Of a DNA stretch of 64,000 nucleotides, positions 21,385 to 29,443 are shown one piece after another. Under the pieces are notes generated by a model. That model was not told where the DNA came from and did no database searches. It was given only the letters and a program-made list of their open reading frames with translations. The DNA lies in assembly GCA_016287095.1 (NCBI GenBank), contig JAEEVK010000007.1:274-64273 (forward strand), written 5' to 3'. Source of the DNA: Lachnospiraceae bacterium (GTDB lineage: Bacteria; Bacillota; Clostridia; Lachnospirales; Lachnospiraceae). Numbering within the stretch: the first letter of the stretch is position 1; each line of letters opens with the position of its first letter. The position numbers were made by a program, and so were the translations under genes.

Positions 21385-22050
21385 ATGACCAGAAAAGAGC
21401 AAAAAGAAGAACGTAAACAGGCCATACTGATGACAGCACTGAAACTTTTTGTCGAACATGGATATTATGATACCAAGATAACCGACATAGCGGAAGCGGT
21501 GCCCATGAGTACCGGACTACTTTTTCATTATTTCGAGTCAAAGGAAGAACTGTATACCGAACTTGTGAGGATGGGTGCTCAGGCGACCGCGTCATTTGGT
21601 GGGCAGGGTGCTCCTAAGGCTAACTCGGATCTGTCAGAACAAGCTACTGAAAAGAATACCATAGAAAATGATAAATCAGTTATGAGTGGAGAAACAAAGC
21701 AGCAGATAGAAATAACTCCCGACATATACTTCACTAAGTTCCTTGAAGGCCTCTTTGCGTACTCAAAGGCTCAGCCCTGGGTGTTCAATATGTTTGTCCT
21801 GATGGGTCAGGCCAGGCGTTCAGGTATGCCTGAGGAAGCCAGAAAACTTGCTCTTTCTGTAAGTGCTATAGATTCCTCAGCAAAAATGATAGAAGCTGGT
21901 CAGAAAATGGGTGTTTTCCGTGAAGGTGATGCTAAACTACTGTCTACATGTTTCTGGGCAACTGTCCAGGGTATCATGGAAGAGATGGCTGTAAATAAGG
22001 AACTTGCGGCGCCTGATCCTGAGTGGATAGTTGCGATTCTAAAAAAATAG
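21385..22050 (+). CDS. TetR/AcrR-family transcriptional regulator
   Basis: N-terminal HTH (ILMTALKLFVEHGYYDTKITDIAEAVPMSTGLLFHYFESKEELY). Confidence 0.85.
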   Translation: MTRKEQKEERKQAILMTALKLFVEHGYYDTKITDIAEAVPMSTGLLFHYFESKEELYTELVRMGAQATASFGGQGAPKANSDLSEQATEKNTIENDKSVMSGETKQQIEITPDIYFTKFLEGLFAYSKAQPWVFNMFVLMGQARRSGMPEEARKLALSVSAIDSSAKMIEAGQKMGVFREGDAKLLSTCFWATVQGIMEEMAVNKELAAPDPEWIVAILKK

Positions 22051-22052
22051 AG

Positions 22053-22077
22053 AAAACTGATTTTTTTGTCAGTTTTT
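22053..22077 (+). terminator. intrinsic terminator
   Basis: aaaactga / tcagtttt stem with a T-run. Confidence 0.7.
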
Positions 22078-22185
22078 CACTAAAAGATATTTTTTGTTTT
22101 ATAATCGTATCATACAAGGATAATAGTTTATAAATATAGTTTGTATCATATATAAAATAATAAAAGTTGCAGACGGAGCCGGCAT

Positions 22186-22905
22186 ATGAAGAAAATACTT
22201 CTGGTAGAAGATAATGAACATATAATGGATATCAACGAATGGTTTTTAAAGTCCAAAGGGTATGACATAGATAAAGCCTATTCCTTAAAGGAAGCTGATG
22301 AATGTCTTAAAAAATCACTTCCCGATGTTATAGTTCTTGATATCATGCTCCCGGATGGAGATGGAGTGGAGTATTGCGAGAGAATCCAGAAAAAGAATCC
22401 AATCCCTGTCTTATTCCTGACAGCAAAAACCGGGAAAAAAGACATGATGGAAGGCTATAAGCGAGGCGGAAATGATTATCTTACAAAGCCCTATGACCTT
22501 GAAATGCTTGAGGTACGAATTGAGGCCCTTATGAGACTTTCTGAAAACACAGTCAAAAAAGACCAAATGATAAATGATATCTCTAGAAATGTTATATCAT
22601 TGAAATCAGGAGCTCTTAGTTTTGATCCTGTGGCTTCAACGCTAACTGTAAGTGGAGAGAAACTCAGTCTTTCAACAAAGGAATTTGGCATCCTTTATTG
22701 CCTGGCAAAAAGAAAAGGTAAACAGGTGACAAAGGAAGAACTGTTAAAAGAGGTTTGGGAACTTGAACCGGACAGCGATTCGTCTTTCCTATGGTCAACA
22801 ATATACCGGCTGAAGAAAAAAATAGCACCGTATCAGGATAGATTTTACATCGAATCCGACCATAGCGGTTACGAGTTAGTAGTTATTGAAAAGGGTTCTA
22901 ATTAA
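22186..22905 (+). CDS. OmpR-family response regulator
   Basis: Receiver (ILLVEDN, VIVLDIMLPDGDG, TKP) plus winged-helix output (LSTKEFGILYCL). Confidence 0.9.
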   Translation: MKKILLVEDNEHIMDINEWFLKSKGYDIDKAYSLKEADECLKKSLPDVIVLDIMLPDGDGVEYCERIQKKNPIPVLFLTAKTGKKDMMEGYKRGGNDYLTKPYDLEMLEVRIEALMRLSENTVKKDQMINDISRNVISLKSGALSFDPVASTLTVSGEKLSLSTKEFGILYCLAKRKGKQVTKEELLKEVWELEPDSDSSFLWSTIYRLKKKIAPYQDRFYIESDHSGYELVVIEKGSN

Positions 22906-22941
22906 TTTAGTTGATGATAAAAAAAGAGAAAGGAGGAGCAC

Positions 22942-24828
22942 ATGAAAAGAATCTTACCGGGCATTTTATTCATATTAGGCATAACAGCCCTGTTTTTGGC
23001 ATTAAATATGCTTCTCCAAACTGATGGTTATACCAGATACGGTGAAGAAAATTTTATCACCTTTGAAAATGCTTTATATTCACCGGATGAGATAGTTGAG
23101 ATAGAAAACTCATCCTCAGACAATCTTGAAGTAGTCACTGATAAATTACATTCGTATTGGGAAGAAGATGAATTCTCCAGAGTCAGAACCTCATATATCG
23201 ATATAGAACTTGAAGAAGGCAAGGTTTACGGTATATATGGTGAAAATCTTACTTATGCTTTCAATCTCTATGTGAACGGAGAACTAATAGCTTCAAGCGG
23301 AAAAGTCGGTACATCCGCAGAAAATTCTGAACCTTTGACTCGTGGTTTTACCGCATATTTTACGGCTCGGGCAAAGAACAGGATTGTAGTTCAAAGGTGC
23401 AACTTTGTACATGCAAAGTGGAACAGTTTTTATGTATATTTAGGTGAGCAGGACATCATTGGCAGATACCAGAAAAGCGAATACTTTATGTATGCAAATA
23501 CTGTCACAATTCTTCTGGTAATGTGCCTTGTAAATCTGGGATTATTTGTCGGACTGAAAAAGCAAAAGCGTTTCCTTTTATTCTCACTGGCATGTCTGGC
23601 ACTCATGATCAATTACATGTTTTCAGGTCCGAAGATGATAATGCTGTTGTTCCCTAATTTGAATTGGTTCTTCGGCCATAAACTGGAAACATGTTCATTA
23701 GTTTTGACAGCATTATTCCTGATATTATTCTTTGAGGAATGCTTTGGAAAACTTCAAAAACCGATCAGAATTATCGGATATATATTGATCGGACTTTCAG
23801 TAGCATATTATGCGATATTACCTTCAACAATATATACAAAGTATTCCGTTTTGGTAGCCGATTTTGTCATTGGTTATGCGCTGTTAATGGTTGCTATAAT
23901 AATCATGCGTACAATCAAGAATTTTAAAAAGGTAAATATTTCCCAGAAATATTATCTCGTATCGATTTCTCTGATATTGGTTGCCGCTGTAAGAGGTGCA
24001 CTTCATCTTGAAATGTATCTGGATTTCCTGAAGATTTCGTTAGTCCTTTCAGATATAATTCTTACCATGGGTCTTGCATATGAATACAGGCAGACAAAGG
24101 AAAATCTTGAGGCAGCAGAGCGTAATGAGGAATTGTTAAAACAAATGAATGAGGACCTTGACAGGACTCGTAAACTTCAGAATAATTTCCTGGCCATTAT
24201 GAATCATGAAATGCGTACACCACTGACAGTTATAGCCGGATACGCTGACATGATAAAAATGAAAGCACAGATGGCCGGTTCAACGGATGAAGACGCATTA
24301 AAAAATCTTGGATTTATAAAGGATGAAGCGATGCGCCTCGGTAGGATAGTAGAAAAATCCGAAGAAGGCATAGTTGATTATATCGGGTACGGGGAGAAGA
24401 AAAAAGTAAGTGTTTCCGAACTATTTGATGATGTGAATAAATTCTGTACTCCGATATGTGAAAAACGGCATGTGATCATCAGGACTGAGTCTCCTGAAGG
24501 AATATCGGTAAACTGCTACAAGGATGAAATGCTCCAGGTACTGTATAACCTCGTGTTAAATGCCTCAAGACATTCCGAGAACGGAGAAATAGTGCTCAGA
24601 GCCCGTCAGGAAGAAGATGATGTACTGATCCATGTAAGCGACAACGGAGACGGCATGGATGACGAGACTATGAAGCACGCCTTTGACAAAGGCTTCACAA
24701 AAGACGGCGGACATGGCATCGGACTCGCATTGTGCAAGGACATTGTACTCGCTCACAACGGCACTATACATATCGAGAAAAACACCGATAAAGGTATCAC
24801 GGTTTGCATTCTATTACTTGATAAATAG
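22942..24828 (+). CDS. sensor histidine kinase with extracytoplasmic beta-rich domain and 7-TM block (7TMR-DISM-like)
   Basis: Signal/TM, ~170-aa external domain, about 7 hydrophobic helices, H-box MNHEMRTPLTVI, HATPase (DNGDGMD, GHGIGLAL). Confidence 0.85.
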   Translation: MKRILPGILFILGITALFLALNMLLQTDGYTRYGEENFITFENALYSPDEIVEIENSSSDNLEVVTDKLHSYWEEDEFSRVRTSYIDIELEEGKVYGIYGENLTYAFNLYVNGELIASSGKVGTSAENSEPLTRGFTAYFTARAKNRIVVQRCNFVHAKWNSFYVYLGEQDIIGRYQKSEYFMYANTVTILLVMCLVNLGLFVGLKKQKRFLLFSLACLALMINYMFSGPKMIMLLFPNLNWFFGHKLETCSLVLTALFLILFFEECFGKLQKPIRIIGYILIGLSVAYYAILPSTIYTKYSVLVADFVIGYALLMVAIIIMRTIKNFKKVNISQKYYLVSISLILVAAVRGALHLEMYLDFLKISLVLSDIILTMGLAYEYRQTKENLEAAERNEELLKQMNEDLDRTRKLQNNFLAIMNHEMRTPLTVIAGYADMIKMKAQMAGSTDEDALKNLGFIKDEAMRLGRIVEKSEEGIVDYIGYGEKKKVSVSELFDDVNKFCTPICEKRHVIIRTESPEGISVNCYKDEMLQVLYNLVLNASRHSENGEIVLRARQEEDDVLIHVSDNGDGMDDETMKHAFDKGFTKDGGHGIGLALCKDIVLAHNGTIHIEKNTDKGITVCILLLDK

Positions 24829-24840
24829 ACATAAAAATTT

Positions 24841-24866
24841 AAAACTGACATTTTCGTCAGTTTTTA
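24841..24866 (+). terminator. intrinsic terminator
   Basis: aaaactgac / gtcagtttt stem then T-run. Confidence 0.75.
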
Positions 24867-24949
24867 ACTACAAAGAAAATAACAGTGATAAAATCCTTCC
24901 TGTAAGGTAAATAAGGTAAAACTTATTAATATACAGGAGGGATTTTTTT

Positions 24950-27900
24950 ATGGGTAACGGACAAAAGAAAAGAAAAATGTTCAAGATGTTTGGACAGAGT
25001 GCAATGGCAGTTATCCTGGCATTGGCACTGGCACTGCCGAGTGGTATGGTAGCTAGAGTAAAAGCAGCCGAAGAAACAAATTCGGAGGAAAATGAAAATA
25101 CAGTAGAACAGAGTACTGCAGATGATATTTTAAATGCAGATAAGTATGAGCCGTCAGGATATGCCGAATATAGCCAGATAGAGGTTTATGGTAATTCTAA
25201 TGCTCCTTTTCTGCTTTCTGAGCAGAATGAGTTATTCATTTATAATACGAGAATAGATAAAAATGGCAAAAATCGTGAAGTAAGAGGGGTTTGGTTTAAT
25301 AACTGTGATATGACTGCTCAATCGGTATCGGATGGGTACTATTTTGCAAACAGCATCAACCGTAAGAATTCAGGCTATAACCAGGTTTCCTTACAGGACG
25401 GCGGATACAGCTTTGTCCAGGGAGTCGGATTTAATCCGCTTAATGATGGCAGGAAGGATTATGCAGGATATATAGGCTATAAGGATGGATATTTGTATTG
25501 TTTCGTGATCAATCCTAAAACCGGTAAAGAAAGCTCTATCAAGCTTAATTCGATGGAATGGTGCAAAGAAAAACGAAATAATGATTCCATGTATATTATG
25601 CCCAATTACATGTCCATAACAGCGGGAGATTATGATGGTGATAACCATGATACTCTGCTTGTTTTTGGTAGTGGCGATGGCAACAATCAAAAGATATATG
25701 AGATCAGTTTTGACGGGAATAAGCTTACCTCAAAAGTAGTCTTTGATGTTGATAAGGTTGCACAGAATAAGTTTTATGGTCCAACCGGAGAGATAAAATA
25801 CAAGCTTCAGCTGACACTTACAACAGGTGATTTTGATGGTGACGGACTAGACGAGTTTGCATTTGCTGTCGGTAACGGCAATACATCCGATAGCGCTAAA
25901 TCAGGATATAAAAAGTATAACGGAAACATTGAAAGCGTAGTTTCCAAAGTATGTGTTACAGACTATGATAAAGATAAAAATATTTGGTATGAAAAATCAT
26001 CTTTCTCGATGTATGACAAAAATGGAAAGGCTATCAAGATTGATAAAAAAAATAAAACCGAAACATATAATGTTAAAGTAATGCAGGGTGCATCAATTAC
26101 ATCTGCAGATATTGATGGTGACGGGGTGGACGAACTGATAGCAGCAGGTTATACTTCGTATGACGATATTGCAGAAGCAAGATTTAAGATTTCTCAGGAG
26201 GCAAAAAATGGTGAACTTGTAAATCAATATAATTGTGAGTGGATTAATGCGGTAGGTGATCTGGATAAAACCAATTATGTTGTATCTGTTATTAGTGCCA
26301 CTATGGATGCAAATAATAATACTGTATATGAGAGAACTGAACTCGAAAAACTATCCATGGAAGGTTTTACTAAAGCAAGTATAGACAAGAGTAAAGATTC
26401 TGATTATGTATTTCCTCACATTACTATGGCGAGTGGAAAAACAAACGGGAAAAACCAGCCTGAAGATGTATTTATTGATGGTTCACTTTATTCTTTTGAA
26501 TCAGGAAGCGCACAGAAACTGTACACACCGAAACTTTTAACACAGCACTTTGATACAGTCCTTGATCAGGGCAGCAGCAATAAAACCAGCGTATATTGGA
26601 TTAATAATGTGGCTGTAGGCAACTTTGACCACAACGAAGCAGGAAGAGAGCAGTTTGTTTATACGGTTTGGTTTAAGCAGTCTGGCAGTGATGAGTATTA
26701 TTCCTTTTTGGGAATAGAGGGTGGCTGTGAATATGATGACAAGAAAAATACTGATGGATCAATAAAGAGCTTTGGTACCTGTTCAGAGTATGGCGGTAAT
26801 AATATTAGGAAAGATTATCATCACGGTGTATGGAGTGACAATACTTCTGCTTGTCAGCTTCTATGGAAGGATTCAGGAACTAAAGGGGCAAATGCAGTTC
26901 CTGTAGCAGTAGATTTAAATTCTGACGGTCTTTTGGCAAAATATAACAAGGCTTATTATGCATATTCTGATCCTGAGGTTATAGCAGTACTTGAGGCTCC
27001 TCCTCAGTTTACAGAATGTCAGGATGAAGGATCAATATCTTATACGATTTCAAGTGGTATCGGAAGAAGCAAGTCAGAAGGCTGGGATGTTTCTTTCAAT
27101 GTTGGCTTTGCTGGTGAATATAGTGGCGGAACAGTTTTAGCAAAAGCTAAGGTAGCTGTTGAGGCTGGAGTTACTAATTCATTCTCAAAAACATTTACTA
27201 ACTCATATTCTATTTCGGAAAGTTTAACTGTTACTGCCAGTGGTAGTACCAGTGTAATAGTAAATCGTGTGCCTGTAATGATATATGTTTATGACATATA
27301 TGATGAATCATCCAAAAAGTGGATCAACGGAGAGTATGCTGTAACTGTTCCGTTAGCACCCTCATATTATTCATTAAGTGTTGATGAATATAATGAGTTG
27401 GTTGAAAAATATAATAAAGCTATAAGTGGGACTGATGCACATCCACTTGTAAAACTTGTAAGAGGAAAAGATATTCCCAGCGTAGAGAATGATCCGTTTA
27501 CCTATGAAAAAGAAAAAATATCCGGTAAAAAAAGTCTGGGGGATACTAAAAAATTTGCAAAACTGAGTACAAACAAGGGCTCTTCTACACTTTCTTGGGA
27601 GTTTGAAAGCAGCAAAGAAGAAGAGTATACTCATTCACATGGATTCTATGTAAGTGTAACTTTACAGGGTGGATGGGGTACTTCAGGAACATTCGAAGCT
27701 TGGTCAGGAATTAATGCCGGACTTGAGGCTAACTGGTCATTTACAACGGTTAAGTCGACTACCAGTGGTCTGGCGATAGAAGCCGAAATACCTAACTTAA
27801 GCAAAACGGATATGATGGAAGCTGGCTATACATCAAAACAAGTTGATAGTTATAAGATGAGTTGGCAGCTTGCAAAGTGGGAGAGATATCTGAATGGTTC

Positions 27901-29206
27901 AGCGAATGATGCGGTACCTATCTATGGATTTATAGTAAAGGATGTAAATGCACTTCCCGCACCTGTTTCGGATCTTAATGCTGAAATGTGCAGTGATGAG
28001 GAATCAGGAAAACGATTCGTAAAACTTACATGGTCTGAGGCAGATACAGGTTATAGAAAAGCTGATGGATATGATATTTATCTTGTTGAAAATGACGGTA
28101 AAAAGACTACAAAGACAAAAATTGCTTCTGTAAATGAGAACACTTATAACTATGATAATCTTGGTGAAGAATCTGAATTCTCGTTTATAGTTATCGCTTA
28201 TAAAGGTAATAGCAGAAGTTTTGAATCCAATGTAGCAAAAGCATCTTTGATGGATAAGTTGATTTATGACATAAAACTTAGCAAAAAAGAAAACGGAAAG
28301 AATATTTATACTGTCTATTATAATGATGGAACATCAGAAGAAAAAATTGAGATTTTAGATGGAGCACAAGGAAAATCAGCATATGAGATAGCAGTTGAAA
28401 CAGGGCTGACTACAGCAAAATCTGAATCTGAATGGATAAAGTCACTTAAAGGGGAGAAAGGTGATAAAGGTGACACAACAACCATCGCAGGAACTGGATC
28501 CAAGGGTGACAAAGGCGATAAAGGTGACAAGGGTGACACCGGTGCTAAGGGCGATAAAGGAGATACTGGTGCGACAGGAGCAAAGGGTGATAAAGGAGAT
28601 ACTGGTGCAGCTGGAGCAAATGGAAAATCAGCATATGAGATAGCAGTAGCAAATGGTTTTGTCGGAACAGAAGCACAGTGGCTTGAATCCCTGAAGGGAG
28701 CTGCTGGTACAAACGGAACCAATGGAACTAACGGAACAAATGGTACTAATGGAACCAACGGAAGTGATGGCGCACCCGGAAAGTCAGCATATGAAATAGC
28801 AGTAGCAAATGGTTATGTTGGTACAGAAGCACAGTGGCTTGAGTCTCTAAAGGGTACCGACGGAACTAACGGAAGTGCTGGAGCAGACGGAAAGTCAGCT
28901 CTTGAAGTAGCACGTATTGAAACTGGAAACAGCACTTTAACATATACGGAATGGATAACCTCTATCGCTACTGAAGCGGCTTCAATGGTTAATTCACAAT
29001 CTTCTTCACAAGGTACCGGAATAACAAGTAGAGAATTTAAAGATGCTGATGAGAATTCAGTGGGAGTAATAATCGACCTAACTGATGAAGTGAAATTATA
29101 TATAACAAGTGATGGCTGGGCTGTTGTATATAAAGGGTCAGCGGTACCATATAATGCAGATACTATAAATGAAATGATGAATCCTTCAGCTGGAGCATCA
29201 AATTAA
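24950..29206 (+). CDS. large secreted FG-GAP (integrin-alpha-like) repeat / Fn3 / collagen-like repeat protein
   Basis: Signal peptide (AVILALALALPSGMVARVKA). FG-GAP/VCBS-type Ca-loop motifs GDYDGDNHD, GDFDGDGLDEF, ADIDGDGVDELI, VDLNSDGL. Fn3-like LTWSEADTGYRKADGYDIYL. GXY tracts. RBS aggaggg. Confidence 0.8.
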   Translation: MGNGQKKRKMFKMFGQSAMAVILALALALPSGMVARVKAAEETNSEENENTVEQSTADDILNADKYEPSGYAEYSQIEVYGNSNAPFLLSEQNELFIYNTRIDKNGKNREVRGVWFNNCDMTAQSVSDGYYFANSINRKNSGYNQVSLQDGGYSFVQGVGFNPLNDGRKDYAGYIGYKDGYLYCFVINPKTGKESSIKLNSMEWCKEKRNNDSMYIMPNYMSITAGDYDGDNHDTLLVFGSGDGNNQKIYEISFDGNKLTSKVVFDVDKVAQNKFYGPTGEIKYKLQLTLTTGDFDGDGLDEFAFAVGNGNTSDSAKSGYKKYNGNIESVVSKVCVTDYDKDKNIWYEKSSFSMYDKNGKAIKIDKKNKTETYNVKVMQGASITSADIDGDGVDELIAAGYTSYDDIAEARFKISQEAKNGELVNQYNCEWINAVGDLDKTNYVVSVISATMDANNNTVYERTELEKLSMEGFTKASIDKSKDSDYVFPHITMASGKTNGKNQPEDVFIDGSLYSFESGSAQKLYTPKLLTQHFDTVLDQGSSNKTSVYWINNVAVGNFDHNEAGREQFVYTVWFKQSGSDEYYSFLGIEGGCEYDDKKNTDGSIKSFGTCSEYGGNNIRKDYHHGVWSDNTSACQLLWKDSGTKGANAVPVAVDLNSDGLLAKYNKAYYAYSDPEVIAVLEAPPQFTECQDEGSISYTISSGIGRSKSEGWDVSFNVGFAGEYSGGTVLAKAKVAVEAGVTNSFSKTFTNSYSISESLTVTASGSTSVIVNRVPVMIYVYDIYDESSKKWINGEYAVTVPLAPSYYSLSVDEYNELVEKYNKAISGTDAHPLVKLVRGKDIPSVENDPFTYEKEKISGKKSLGDTKKFAKLSTNKGSSTLSWEFESSKEEEYTHSHGFYVSVTLQGGWGTSGTFEAWSGINAGLEANWSFTTVKSTTSGLAIEAEIPNLSKTDMMEAGYTSKQVDSYKMSWQLAKWERYLNGSANDAVPIYGFIVKDVNALPAPVSDLNAEMCSDEESGKRFVKLTWSEADTGYRKADGYDIYLVENDGKKTTKTKIASVNENTYNYDNLGEESEFSFIVIAYKGNSRSFESNVAKASLMDKLIYDIKLSKKENGKNIYTVYYNDGTSEEKIEILDGAQGKSAYEIAVETGLTTAKSESEWIKSLKGEKGDKGDTTTIAGTGSKGDKGDKGDKGDTGAKGDKGDTGATGAKGDKGDTGAAGANGKSAYEIAVANGFVGTEAQWLESLKGAAGTNGTNGTNGTNGTNGTNGSDGAPGKSAYEIAVANGYVGTEAQWLESLKGTDGTNGSAGADGKSALEVARIETGNSTLTYTEWITSIATEAASMVNSQSSSQGTGITSREFKDADENSVGVIIDLTDEVKLYITSDGWAVVYKGSAVPYNADTINEMMNPSAGASN
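28369..28975 (+). repeat. four KSAYEIAV...WL.SLKG modules interleaved with GXY collagen-like tracts (3, 15, 10 and 5 triplets)
   Basis: GDK/GDT 9-nt repeats about 28494..28623 and (GTN)x6 at 28697..28783, with synonymous codon scrambling. 78-nt near-identical direct repeat at 28621..28697 vs 28779..28856. Confidence 0.85.
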
Positions 29207-29218
29207 ATAGTTGATTTG

Positions 29219-29258
29219 AAAAGAGGCAATGGGGGCCACATCCCCATTGCCTCTTTTT
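29219..29258 (+). terminator. strong intrinsic terminator
   Basis: 16-bp perfect stem aaaagaggcaatgggg / ccccattgcctctttt with a T-run. Confidence 0.9.
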
Positions 29259-29443
29259 AAACAATCACATAGGATGTTATATAACGTATTATTATTTGTT
29301 TGACAGTTCTAAATAAGAGTAGTAATATTTTCACAGATGGAGGCAAAGATGTTTCTACATAAGTAGGGATATTTTTGCTCTTTTTCAATCAGAGAACCGT
29401 CCCGGTGATTGGCCGGGAATCGATTTAGGGAGGATATTATACC

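Noticed and set aside
28451-28790. Periodic 9-nt repeats that could be mistaken for a CRISPR array or a non-coding tandem repeat
   Set aside because: The period is 9 nt with no spacers. The repeats are in frame within a long ORF and encode GXY collagen-like triplets.
24950-29206. Prophage tail-fibre interpretation of the collagen-like protein
   Set aside because: No phage structural, lysis, integrase or terminase genes flank it. It has a Sec signal peptide and FG-GAP repeats, and it sits between a TCS and glmS.
29259-29443. Expected glmS ribozyme upstream of glmS
   Set aside because: The leader lacks the conserved ribozyme core as I remember it (AGCGCC cleavage-site context, GACGAGG, CGGCGG-type segments). 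Only a small cccgg...ccggg hairpin is present. A covariance-model scan would be the decisive test.
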